From Lepidodermella squamata (taxonomy: Eukaryota > Animalia > Gastrotricha): a stretch of DNA of 64,000 nucleotides. The notes under the pieces are model-generated. The model had not been told where the DNA came from. It saw only the letters and a list, made by a program, of their open reading frames with translations, and made no database searches. Numbering within the stretch: position 1 is the stretch's first letter; every line of letters begins with the position of its first letter. The position numbers were made by a program, and so were the translations under genes. The stretch spans positions 434,001 to 498,000 of the forward strand of contig JBLDXI010000003.1 of assembly GCA_047495785.1 (NCBI GenBank), written 5' to 3'. This document shows, one piece after another, positions 23,303 through 35,109 of the stretch.

Positions 23303-25893
23303 TCAGTTTGATGTAGTGAGACAGTTCAGTCGAAGAAGTCGCATTTTAGCTTTAAATAACGTAAAAGTAACCAAGTAGCTTATTAGTAAAACGGTCGTGC
23401 TCAGGAAGTAGAATTGAATCTCCGGTTTATCAACAGCCATTATGACGAAGACCTGTGCTAAGATCGCCGGTAGAATCGCAAAGATGCACACTCGACTTTG
23501 CTTCACATCCGAATTCACCCCAGGCGACGTCAGTAACGCCAGCACGAAGCAGGCTAGTAGCCCTAGTCCGTTAAGACACAGCAACATGGCTCCTAGAATA
23601 CTCTCGGCCATAATTAGCCCAGATTTAGCACTCATAGCGCAAGACATTGAGATGTCTTCGTATAGAACATCTTCAAAAGTGTCAATGCGCATGTCGGATG
23701 TTTTTTGAACTACGAGCGGTCCTACAGATGCGTACAGCGCAGTAATGAGGACTAAATTAGCTATGATGTTAAAAGCTGAGACAATAATGGCGATGTGGAG
23801 GTCGAATCTTCCTCAGAGTTTCGGCGCGATCGAGAGCTTAATCTCGTAGAAAAAATTGACCAAGAGTCAGAACTGAAATGTACCCTGAAATATCGCGGTT
23901 TACGAGCTGTTAGTCTCAAGTAAAGACCAGCTAAAACGAGTGAAATTCCGATATCAGCGAGAAATGGCGAAACCTTACAAAAAGTAACCATCTCTTGAGA
24001 TTCAGTTTTCCAGACTGGATGCAGTAGGATTGGGATGTTCACTAAAATCAACCCAGCTAGCATGGCATAACTCCCCTCCTGGCGTTTGAACCCTCGCCTT
24101 TTCCTGTCGGAAACTAAAGCCGTGAGTAGTAGACCGCTCATTAGGATGAAGACCGAAGCTAGAATTGCTATGAGGATAACTACCCAGCTAACCAGAAGCT
24201 TTGGCTGTGTTCTCAGACCGATTTTATCTTTAGGTTTCGCACCGTTCGGAGTTTGCCAGATGAATGCTGATTTCAGCTCGAAACGTGATGCGTAACTCGA
24301 GGCTTCGACTCCGTTATCGACGAAAACAGTGACCTTCACGCCGTTGCCTCGAGATTGTTCATAGCCGGTCGGAACTTGAGTGGCCTGATTTTGCCCCTCG
24401 TAGCGTACTCGGCCTGAAAAACCACGGAGATCTAATTTTGTTACCGAATTTCTTACAAGCCTCGTCAATTCATTGTCTTGGCCGATGAAGAACCTCAGGG
24501 ATGAGTTTCTAGCGTTGAGTTCCCGTTCGACTGAGTCCAATATGAAAGCAGATGGCACAACGTTGTCTAAACACATGAACCTAGAATCGACAAAAGGATT
24601 CTGCCACACCCCCGGGACATTCGCTGTGAAGAAATCATCGAGTTGCTGCCCGGTCAATCCCAGATCAGTTTTTGTAGATTTGTAGTCATTCGGCATTTGT
24701 CGGAAGTAGAGAGTCGCGAAATCAATAGCTCTCAAGTTTGATACATCACATTCAGCTGGGAGCTTTGCTACGTTGATGAAATCTGTTTGGGCTGGGAACA
24801 TCCAGACAATATTCCCGCCATACAAGCCTTGTCGATAGGCCTGGCAAGCGACCTCAGGGCAAGTCTCGAAGTAGCAGTTAGATATGATAATTCTAGCTCC
24901 TGAAGCTTTGACGCGACTAACAGCTTCCGAAGGATCTGAGATGAAGAACTCGGCGGCTAAAATTGTGAGGTTGCGACCAGGAAACACGTCGATCATTTGT
25001 TGAGAGGCTTTGAAATGCGAGCTTGATGTGTCTGAAATGATTGCAACCCTTTGCCACTGCATGATTTGGAGGAACGGGATGAGGGTGTCTAGCATTTGGT
25101 CGTATGACATCATGCGGTATAGATTCGGGTAAAACCGTCGATCTGCGAGACTTGCATCGCTACATGCTGCCGAGAACTAAACAAAACTAGGCAGATAAGC
25201 GCTGTTAGATCAGAATCTTTACGTCAATCAGATTGTATCAGGCTGGGGCGAGGTTGGGATTGGGTTTAGGATTTTTTAACTTGGATGGTATTGGTCTTTG
25301 GGTTTAGGAAAGAGATTGATATTAGATTCAGGGTTAGTGAATGAGCGCAGAATGAGAGTCACCTTAGAGTCATTGAAATTAGGTGCAACAGTTGGACCAA
25401 CTAGTTCTTTCTCATATCAGAAAATGGGTTCCTGACTCACGTTAATGATGTCGAAGAGTTGAGTATATCGAGAAACCACTTTGCAGACCCCGGAACACAT
25501 GGACCCAATCAAAAGAGGCGGGACAAAGTGATCGTCAGCTGCAGATCGCTGAGTGAACTTCACATCAGCCGGTAGCATTCGATGGCCAATAATGTTTGTT
25601 GAGACTCGTTGGCCACTCAAGAAAAATGGCATCAGGCGCGAGACAGCAGGCGGCGCCTGGCATTGGTCGTCGACGAGATCGATTACCAAGTTGTAATCGG
25701 GCAGTATATCACTGCGGTTGTTGATCATCCGAAGGAAAAGCTCCAGTGATTGTGTGCACATATCTCCGAGTGGAGCGATTGGGCCGCTGATCGGCAGGGT
25801 GACCGGGATCCTGAGAGTGTATGGCTTGCTCAATTGTATAGCATCGCAGCAACTGAAAACGAGTCCAAAGACGAAAGCTGAAGCAGGTGACAT
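23303..25893 (-). CDS. Divergent GABA-B-receptor-like class C GPCR (Venus flytrap + 7TM); in-frame stop at 23813-23815, possible pseudogene/null allele
   Basis: Signal peptide, INNRSDILPDYNL...DDQC, GSMCSGVC, QWQRVAII, RIIIS..Y..ACQAY motifs of the ANF-receptor/VFT domain; no Cys-rich domain; hydrophobic helices follow; intron 25177-25440. Confidence 0.8.
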
Positions 25894-26549
25894 CGCAGAT
25901 ATTATAATGAAAAATGAATTTTATCGCTAGGAAATGGGGAATTCTCTTCCTAGCAAATTAGCTAATCTCCAGTTAATTTGATCGTGTCAACTCGCCGTTG
26001 AGCTGAAAACCTAATATACTTAATTATTTATAAATTTATCCTGACCAATTACGAGGTCAGAGAATTACTATGAAATAATGTCGCTTTCTGTTGCAAAAGA
26101 GCGTGCATGAACTCAAGACTGGTCGATTGTATGTAGTGTAAGCGGAAACCTCAAGCAACGCGCAAATTCAATGCTATGTTTAGCCTCTTCCTGCTCAGCA
26201 TTAGTATCACCTCCTGCTTCATTCTTTCCTGAACTCATCGAACTTTGCGTTTGCTTTGACGTCCCATTTTGCATATTGACGAACGTTCAAAGTACAAGTA
26301 CAAAAGAATTATTATGTATCATTGATCGTTTTGTGTCGAAAAGATATTTCGACCATTCACTATTCACAGTTATTCAGGCGCTGATAACTAAAATATTCCG
26401 AACGTGGCAAATTACGAGAAAGATTCACGTCGAGACACAGACACTGACTGATTTGCAAGTCTCATGAGGATTAACCCGTTGTGTTAGTGTTAGATATATA
26501 AGCACGAGTGAGATGCTCGAAGGTTTCAGTTATATCAATAAGCGCATTC

Positions 26550-27841
26550 ATGATATTGGTTATTTGGTTTTTTGTATTGGTTGCTGGTGGTAAGTTGGAT
26601 CACATATTCTTTAATCTGGCTTGACAATAGGCTTTCATTCGAACAGTCGGGGCTCTCGATAAGGAGTGGGAAGACTGGAAAATTCAGTTTAACCAAACCT
26701 ACAACAGCTCAGCTGAAGAGCAACGACGCCACGCAATTTTCATGAGCAACCTAGCTGATATCAAGAAGCACAACAGCGAAGCTAGTCAAAATGGTTACAC
26801 TCAAGGATTGAATCAATTTTCGGATATGACATGGGAGGAGTTTCAATCTACTGTTCTGATGGATGAATCAGCTTGAGCAAGGCGAGTGAAGAAAATTGAC
26901 GATAAAGCTTCTTACAAGGATACTTGGGAGGCTTGGAAGGCAAAGCATAATCGGAAATATGCTGACGAATTTGAGGAGCGTTTGCGATACGGTATTTTCC
27001 GCCGTAATCTGGATGAGATCAGGGCTCATAATGAACGCGCCGGCGAACATGGTTATACACAGGGCTTGAACGACTTTTTGGACCAGACGTGGTGCGAAGT
27101 TGAAACGCAAAGGCTCGGAGCCGACTCATCACTTGATTCTAACGTTGATTTCACGAAAGATAACGACTGGTTCAACTGGAAGATTGCATTCAATCGAAAC
27201 TATTCAGATGAGTTCGAGGAACGCAAGTATTGCTGTCTGAGCAGAATCTCGTCGGGGGTCTAGAAGATTGAAGATTGGAAGATTGCATTCAATCGAAACT
27301 ATTCAGATGAGTTCGAGGAACGCAAGTATTGCTGTCTGAGCAGAATCTCGTAGATTGCTCTTCGTCGGCCGGTAACCATGGCTGTAAGGGCGGCTCAGTA
27401 ACCAAGGCATTTGACTACGTCAAAAGCGTCGGGGGTCTAGAAACTGAAAATGCCTATCCATATTCCGCTGCCGATGGAAAGATTTGTCGGATGAAGAAAG
27501 GTGACCGTTTGTATGGCAAGATTACCGGGTACAAAATCTTAAATCAAGACGAGCAAGCATTGGTTCAAGAGTTACAAAATGGCCCCGTTGCCGTTAACAT
27601 ATATGCTGACAAGACTTTCCATGATTACCGTGGTGGCTTGTTCTTTCCGCAACCCAGCCCACCTACAACGAATCACGCAGTCCTGGTCGTCGGCTACGAT
27701 ATTAACGCATTTGGAAAGACTTACTGGATATTGAAGAACAGCTGGGGCACCAGCTGGGGAGAAAAGGGCTACATGAGGCTGATACGAGGTGGAAATGTTC
27801 TGAATATTTTCAGTCGCATGACCTTCCCTTACATGGCTTGA
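26550..27841 (+). pseudogene. Cathepsin L-like papain-family locus with 3 tandem I29 inhibitor domains; disrupted (stop after first I29, deletion of catalytic Cys region)
   Basis: Signal exon 26550-26589; repeated W..WK..F/H.R.Y...EE..R..IF..N...I..HN...GLN.F.D motifs; TGA at 26874-26876; C1A half LSEQNLVDC...NHAVLVVGY...YWILKNSWG present but no QG.CGSCWAF segment. Confidence 0.8.
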
Positions 27842-28060
27842 AAAAAGCTGATTCTTGAAGAAGTTTCAGGAGATGGTATGCAACGACTTGCAAATAAAAA
27901 TGGCTCAGTGGATAAATAATAGTATCCTCGAGTACGTATTTTCAGTCCCGAAATTTTCTGACCTGTGGTTTTGCTAGTTTTTCTTGCCTGGACTTCTCCA
28001 GGTGGGGTACGGTACCGGGTACACGAGGACGCAGGGTTGTTCATGAACAATGTTTCCGCA

Positions 28061-28318
28061 CAGTGTGCGACTTTCAGGGGGATGGGAGGATGATCCCCCA
28101 GCTCAGTCGGGCCAGACGACGAAATTAGAATTTATCCCACTGTTTTGTTAACTTTGAAAGATTCTGGAGCGTGTTTTTAGCGATAAATCTCCAAAATGTT
28201 CTCGCTTCGCTCGATTTTTAGCCCAAATACAGCTAAATTTCGGGTAAATTTTTGGTGAATACAGCAAAAAAACTTTTTTCCCATCCCTGGCAGCTCCGAG
28301 ATCCAAGATCGCACCCTG
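28061..28318. mobile_element. hAT-type MITE
   Basis: 10-bp TIR cagtgtgcga / tcgcaccctg with perfect 8-bp TSD tttccgca. Confidence 0.75.
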
Positions 28319-28348
28319 TTTCCGCAAACAGCCAACAGTTATTGGATT

Positions 28349-28730
28349 CAGTGCTTTGGATTTGGTTTGAATTGATTTAGACCCTATTTTCACTTATTTA
28401 GATTAGAAATGATCGATTTACGATTTATTTTGATTTGATTGATTTCAATTTTTGATACCGCAAAACTAAGATCTCTCCTCCTTTTTGATGAAAATTTGCT
28501 TCTGAAAGGGGCGATGTTTTCAAATTCGCGTTATTTCACTTTTTTCTTGACATTTCGAAGCCCCCAGCACACAGGGAATCTCAATGTTTCGCGATTTTTT
28601 GTTATTTATGGGTGTCGATGATTTGATTTGATTGAGTTAGTCCTGGAAAATCGGGACTATGATTGATTTTCGATTGAAGGAGGTTCGTGATATAAGCTGT
28701 AAATCAAATCAAATCAAATCCAAAGCTCTG
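28349..28730. mobile_element. MITE with GATTT-repeat TIRs
   Basis: ~30-bp imperfect TIRs cagtgctttggatttggtttgaattgattta / taaatcaaatcaaatcaaatccaaagctctg; TSD degenerate. Confidence 0.65.
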
Positions 28731-29122
28731 ATTAGAAAGTGCAGACATTGCTGAAGCGTATATTGGAACACCGCTAAATTCGTAAATAATCATCGGCTTC
28801 ATTCAAATCTCAAAAAGGTATCTTCAATACAAGTACATAGTACATCGAGAACTCCACTTATCGCTTATCGCACACTTTTTATTTCTACGATTTCTCAATT
28901 ATATTGCTGAACGTATTGTTTTCGAAAAAAGCCATTACAATACACAATACGTAAAATATCTGTGTCGGCATAGCCATAGCCTCAAGCAGAGTTCATTCCA
29001 AACCGAAATTCAGCTGGTACGTAATTTTCAGAAGTAGAAAAGAATCACACCTAAGTCATGAAGAAAGAGTCAATAATTCTCAAGCATAGTGTCATCACCG
29101 GTAAACCGGAAAATTAGCTTTA

Positions 29123-31057
29123 TCATCCTCTGACTGGAACCGGGGTAACCGCCGCGACAGCTGGAACAGGAACCGGCTTCACTGCAGGGACTGCAGGGAC
29201 TGGGGGGATAGGAGCGGGCACTGGGGAAACAATAACAGCTGGCACAGGTCTCACCGGGGGAATAGTGGCGGCAGTTATTGGCCGAGGCGTTGTGGTAGTA
29301 GTAGTATTCGTCGTAGTCGTCGTAGGGGCGGGAGTAGTAGTCGTCGTGGTAGGTACCGGGGCGGGCTGCGTCGGGCTAGGACCTGGAGCAGGAGCTGGTC
29401 GTGGCGTCGTGGGTGGATCAGCCGGCGGCATTCCCATGTTAGCAATTCGAGGATAGTTGGCCGGCAGTCTCGAAGCTCCGAAGTTAGCAGTGTAGCCGTA
29501 AGCCGCCATCAACAGCTTATCGACCTTTTCAGGCTTAGTCATCATGAACAGCCCGATTGGAAGACCCTGCGGAGCATCAGGAGTAGGATCGCTGAAACCA
29601 AGCGGCACTGTTATTGACGGATAGCCGGTCCACGATGCTAGCAGCACCAAGTTGATGGGCGCCGTAGTCGAAGAATTCCACACTTTATTCGCGGCATCCG
29701 AGCCCAATTTAGCAGGGAAACTGGGAACCGTCGGCCAAATTATAAGATCATTATCGCCTAACAAAGGATTTATCGCGTTGGTAATCAGCGAAGCAACTTG
29801 GTCATTATAGAACTTTGTTTCTTTATCGCATTGGCCAGCGACCTTTCCCGCGTCGGAGACGCTTTGCCAGTTCTTCTGGTAATACTCTGGCAGTCTCGGC
29901 GTGTTGGGTTTAGGTTGCAGAACTTGATCAACAGATTGGAGTTGGCTGGAATTGAAGCGCTCGCGGTCATTCAGGTACGCATTTCTCCAAGCAGCGATGC
30001 AACTGGTTGTTCCAGTTTGGAGTAGGGTGAAGATCGGAGCTGCAGCTGAATTGAAGTCGATGGTCTGATTTTTCACAACCGCCCCAGCTGCAGTCATGTT
30101 CTGAGTCGCCTGAGTGAAAAGTGCTTGAATCTTCGGGTCGACTGAATAGGTTCCCAAGCCAGGCAGCGGGAATGAAACGTAAGTAAACATAGTGAAAACA
30201 CTGATTTTCGTCTTGTTAAGGCCGTCGAGCGTTGATACCCTTCCAGAAAACATACCAGGCTTCTTAAGCATACCATCCAAGATCAGCAACGCATCGTCAA
30301 TGTTGCGAGCTATCGGCCCCGTTACGTCTTGCAACAAACTGTTAGGCATAACTCCGTCCTGGCCGTTGACTGACTTGATCAAATCAAGAGGAGGGCGGAT
30401 TCCGACCAAATTGCCTGTTGAAGATGGCAAATTGATTGACACCCCAGTTTCAGTCCCGATTCCTCCAACTGCCAGCATGGCATTAGCTGCAGCTGAGTTG
30501 CCACCACTTGATCCGTAGGTAGTGTATTCCCTAGCGTAAGGATTTCGGATTTGGCCACCAGTTTCAGAATTTCCCCACGCCTCTTTATCAGCCATCGGTG
30601 ACATATTGGCCTTGGCGATAAAAATTGCACCCTGATCCTTGCAATTCTTTACTACAGTCGCGTCTTTATTCGGGACTTGATTGCTGAACACCGAAAGGCC
30701 GTTTGTCGTCGCCATACCAACAACGTCAATGTTGTCCTTAGCAACCAGAGGAGCGCAGTGGAGGGGGCCTTTCAGCTTTCCATATGTTGTGAAGTACGAG
30801 TCCAGGGCTAGGGCCTGTTCGATGGCTTTCTGGTTGACCGCAACAATAGCACCAGTGTCGTTTTGAAAGCCATATCTGTTGATACGCTGAAGGTACCCAG
30901 CAACGATACCGGCGCAAGTTACATATCGCTGTTTGATCGCAGCTTGAATGTCGGAGATCTTCGCGATCGTGTAGTCGAAATTAGCTGGGGTAACAGGAGG
31001 CGCTTGCTGGCTGGATAGACCAGCTAGAAAACTAAAAATTATCAGGGCTCGAAGCAT
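29123..31057 (-). CDS. Secreted amidase-signature family enzyme with Pro/Thr/Val-rich tail, copy A (intronless)
   Basis: Signal peptide; GPLHCAPLVAKDNIDV (Lys), YGSSGG (cis-Ser), GTETGVSINLP (Ser nucleophile), GYPSITVPLG..GLPIGL. Confidence 0.92.
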   Translation of the reverse strand: MLRALIIFSFLAGLSSQQAPPVTPANFDYTIAKISDIQAAIKQRYVTCAGIVAGYLQRINRYGFQNDTGAIVAVNQKAIEQALALDSYFTTYGKLKGPLHCAPLVAKDNIDVVGMATTNGLSVFSNQVPNKDATVVKNCKDQGAIFIAKANMSPMADKEAWGNSETGGQIRNPYAREYTTYGSSGGNSAAANAMLAVGGIGTETGVSINLPSSTGNLVGIRPPLDLIKSVNGQDGVMPNSLLQDVTGPIARNIDDALLILDGMLKKPGMFSGRVSTLDGLNKTKISVFTMFTYVSFPLPGLGTYSVDPKIQALFTQATQNMTAAGAVVKNQTIDFNSAAAPIFTLLQTGTTSCIAAWRNAYLNDRERFNSSQLQSVDQVLQPKPNTPRLPEYYQKNWQSVSDAGKVAGQCDKETKFYNDQVASLITNAINPLLGDNDLIIWPTVPSFPAKLGSDAANKVWNSSTTAPINLVLLASWTGYPSITVPLGFSDPTPDAPQGLPIGLFMMTKPEKVDKLLMAAYGYTANFGASRLPANYPRIANMGMPPADPPTTPRPAPAPGPSPTQPAPVPTTTTTTPAPTTTTTNTTTTTTPRPITAATIPPVRPVPAVIVSPVPAPIPPVPAVPAVKPVPVPAVAAVTPVPVRG

Positions 31058-31284
31058 GATATTGTCGTTAGGAACTAGGACGGTTGATGAGGCCTATTTA
31101 TAAGGTATGCTGCTATTACGCCTCTTCATCTCTCACTTAGCTCATCCTTGAGTCAATAACGTGGTGTAAAAACCAGGTTTCATATACCCACTCAATTTCC
31201 AACTGAGCAAATAAACAGACATTTCGTGCATGTAAAAATAGCAGTTTAGCGTTTACGGCAAGTCCGCCTAACTTGTGTCAAAAT

Positions 31285-31440
31285 ACTGCGTGCCTCGAAA
31301 GCCTAGTTTTCGAGAGTCGACTTTCTCAGACATATTCTGCATAGAACTGCTGAGGCTGTTTATTTGATCTTGAACTCGGAGGTTAAATCAAACGAGAAAT
31401 CAAATATTTAAGAGCACGACAACTTGAAATTGTCAGCTAG
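31285..31440 (-). pseudogene. Degenerate remnant of the SOCS-box gene co-duplicated with the amidase
   Basis: gcgtgcctcgaaagcc... resembles 37215 cgcgtgcctcgaagcc... and lies at the same position relative to the amidase promoter. Confidence 0.4.
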
Positions 31441-32004
31441 CATAGTAATACATTGCACGTTGTCATAATTGGTACTTGCTTGCGACTTGCACTACGGTGA
31501 TTTTCCGACTTGGGAACTGTATTCCAAGTAGCACAGCATTTCGTTCACGCAGCGGAAGAAGTCATTTGGAAAAGCTCCCAGTGAGAAAACGAAAGAATAC
31601 AGACAGCCAAGCTTTACAAGGCTGTACTGTAATCAAAATATTACCACTTGTGAGTTCTTCCGCGACGTTCTGCGTGAGTACATTCCTTGGAACAATTCGT
31701 ATAATGCGCTTAATAATCTGCCTGGTTCCGCGACGGAGATGTATTGCCAATTATTTGCGCGCAACATCTTGAAATTCGTGATTTGCGAAGCCACATTTCA
31801 GCCATTCAGAAAAATAGCAGTAGGGGAATAGAGCTCGGAAGATGGATGAAAAGTATTATAGTAGTAAATAATGATGAGCTTAAAGTGGACTTAAAACCCA
31901 GATTTTTTATATAAAAAAGTAGTAGCAAGTTAGAATTTGCACCTCATTAATTAAAGAAATCAAATTTTGTTGCTGATGTTGATAGGTGTTTTCAGTTTGT
32001 TCGC

Positions 32005-32175
32005 GTGAACCATCACTGGATATTATGTTCGAGGGTGAAAGGAAAATTGGAAATCTTCGACTCGATGTTCCGACTGCCACTCCATACCGACTTGAAAGAG
32101 CAGCTATTGACTAGATATGCCGCATTGAAGAACGAGAATGGTGAACTCGAGCTCCACGTGGTCCCCTGCCAACAC
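32005..32175 (+). pseudogene. Ulp1/C48-like protease fragment (probably transposon-derived)
   Basis: NHHWIL...LEIFDSM...VVPCQ resembles the HW..DS..Q pattern; the catalytic Cys motif is absent and the sequence runs into a MITE. Confidence 0.45.
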
Positions 32176-32215
32176 CCTGCGTGGTCCTCCGTCTTAGGAC
32201 AGGGGGAACTAGGTC

Positions 32216-32411
32216 ATATCGCTAGCATCGTTGAATAGCTCGGATTTAGGTTTGTTTGCATCCTTTTCAAGGTGACGGGTGACAAGTAAAAAGTAGTTTG
32301 CTGTTGCCTCCTCATTCACGTTAAAAAACGCCGGTTTTTACTTGTCACCCGTCTCCTTGAACAGGATGTAAACAAGCCTAGATCCGAGTTATTTAACGAC
32401 TCCAACGATAT
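32216..32411. mobile_element. Hairpin (fold-back) MITE, family copy A
   Basis: Long self-complementary arms (..caaggtgacgggtgacaagtaaaaa / tttttacttgtcacccgtctccttg..); a related copy lies at 41636-41826. Confidence 0.75.
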
Positions 32412-33145
32412 CATCTTAACTTGCCATGCAGGCTCGTCAAATGGCTTTGGGCGGTTGTTCTCTCAAAAAGATCTTATCATTACTAAATCGAGTACGGAGG
32501 ATTTGAAAATCAATATTAGAAGCTTCCAGGTGTTATGATTAGAGATCCAGAGAGATCACCAAGATGACCCAAGATCTCCACAAAGGGGTACTAAGGCGCC
32601 GGAGGAGCAAAAAGTCGCTTTTTCTGACATATTGTTTTTTCAACGGTTTCTAGGTAATTCGACCACGCTGAGTTCAGCGCAATGTTCTATCCCTCATGGG
32701 TTTTCATCTACAACCATACGGAACGCTAGGACGACGCCGCAGCCGCGCGCGCGCTCGTTGCCCAACGAACAAACAAAATCTCGTAGCTGATGTAAACAAA
32801 ATATTGTTTAAATCCTAAAATCTTTATTATTTTAATTTCTAAATTTGATTTTTAAATTTGTCAATTTTGTTAACTTGACCCGTATTTCTTGTACAGCTCT
32901 CGGTAACGGGTGACGTGAAAAATGTAGCAAAAAATTGATGAATCATTTTTGCACACATAAAAGCGTGATGAAAGTACAGTGTCCTATCTCACTTATTGTA
33001 TTCGTAAATGTGAGAGATGATTCTTCTTGACCTGCTAGTAGCAGCTCAGGTGTCATAAGCTAATGCCATCTCGTTCCACATCGATTTTCTGTAGGGCGTC
33101 GTACCCTCACTCAGCATTAGAAAACAAGTTTTTCCTATTGATAGA

Positions 33146-34536
33146 ATGCCACCTGTCAACGCTGTTCTGTGTAAAATTTGTTCTTCTGTCGTTCCTAGAC
33201 GCAAAGAATACCAACCTACAGCATGCGAAGCGTGTCAAAAATTCTTCAGACGCCATTGCCAAAAGCCACATGAGCTAGTTTGTGCACAATATAGAGGCAA
33301 GGAAGGCGGAGAAAAGCTTTCCCCTTGCGAATTAGCCAGCCATTTGAAGAACAAAATGTGCTCCCGATGTCGTTTCGAAAAATGCATTGCTGTTGGATTG
33401 CAAAGTAACTTGTCGCATATATTTCGAATTAATCACCATTTTATTTATTCAAGGCAAATTCCTGACAAAAACACACGACGAAATACAACCAGGCAATGGC
33501 GACTCCCTAGCTCTGAAGGCTACGGATGGAAGTGACCTGCTACCTCCTGCAATAATTTCGAGCCCGCAAACCAATCGAGGATCTCGAGCTGAAACTATGA
33601 TGTTGTGGGCAGTGAAGGCCTTCACTTTGTTCCACGGCCTTGAATTAGTACCGCTGAAACGACCCACAGCGCCTGTCAATGATGTCGAAACATTATTCAA
33701 GCTGGGCCTTGAACAAATCGCATTCGAGTCGAAGATATGTGAAGAATACGGCAATTTCTATAAAAGTTTGAAACATCGCTGTTCATAACACTAAACCGTC
33801 TTAGAAAAGTGCTGATTTCCCACAGGAACCGAGCCACTGTGTCTCACTCAAGAAGACTTGGATGCGATCAGATCGACAAGCGTAATCCATGTGAAAGCGC
33901 TCTTCAATAGCTTACCAAACGGCAGTCCTCCTTCAACTCTTGGGGTGTATAACGGACTTTCGCAACTTACACTTCAATTTTTACCGATGTTGAAAGTAAG
34001 AGAATTGTACTTTTTACACCCAAAACAAAATCCAGCTTGATCGGAAAATCTTATATAATGTACATGGCGCTGCAAAACGTTTTCAAAACATTTGAGGGCT
34101 TTTACTTAATTATTCGAACACATTATTTTCCAGTCAACGTTCATCACATGTAGCCGGTTGGCTGACTGTCTCGCTTCAATGAATCCTTCCTTCATTGAGA
34201 GCTCACTTATTCTAGGAATCTTATATTTTCACGGTAATTTCTCCAAATGCATCCAAGATCTCTACTTGAGCTTTAAGATTATCTCTTTCAGTTGATGACG
34301 CATCAATGGCTGGACGAATTGTTCGCTTGCAGAAGCATATGTTCTTGACGCTGCTGATGCTATGGTCCTCTGGGTCAGCAGGCGATGCAGAGGAGATTCG
34401 CCGAAAAATGGAATTTTTTTCGAAATGCTACAACCTCACTTTACTCGCTGGAAGAGACTTTTTGTCTGTAGCAGCAGAGTTATCTCAGCAAACTAATACT
34501 TTCAGCCCACTGACGAATATTTTGCACTTAAAGTGA
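33146..34536 (+). CDS. Divergent nuclear hormone receptor (C4 zinc-finger DBD + putative LBD), multi-exon
   Basis: CKIC...CEACQKFFRR...C..C...CSRCRFEKCIAVGL; helical downstream exons joined by short introns. Confidence 0.8.
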
Positions 34537-35109
34537 TACAAAACCTGACCACAAAAATGGAGCAAACTCACTACAAGTCTGTTCAAATCATTAGGTTTAA
34601 TAAAAAGTTTGTAGCGCTTTCTTGCCCTCGATAGAGAACGGTTGATGTTCCCTGAACCCTGAGCGAATTAATTCGTTCAAATTGCATGTAATCTGCATGT
34701 AAATTTTTCTATTAAAACCCTGCGAAAGTGGTCCAATTTGGCCCGCATGCGAGAAATAATGTTTTATCGGTACCAAAGTTCAACGCATGAAATCGATGTC
34801 GGTTAATTTTTGAGAGCTTCTCAGTTTATTATAGGCGTGTACTTTGCTTCTGTGAGCATTTCTACGTAGCTCAAGTTCAGTGTGGACGCCGTCCTGGCCA
34901 TGTACGTCTCGGGCAAAAGGCAGTAGTCTGACTGCCGAAGCCTTGAATTTTCTTTATTTTTCTCTGTACGGTTAAGATCTGTGCCTTCAAAGAGAGATAA
35001 AAATGGCTTTAAGTTAGTTAGTAAGCACACCGAACCCATCAAAGATTATAGTCATTATAGCAAGTATTGTTTGGTCACCGGAATACCAGTTAAATTGCTT
35101 CATCATACT

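Noticed and set aside
16754-26876. Three in-frame TGA codons hinting at stop-codon reassignment
   Set aside because: TGA terminates many intact genes here (transposase, amidase A, nuclear receptor, Ly6 genes) and Trp is encoded by TGG.
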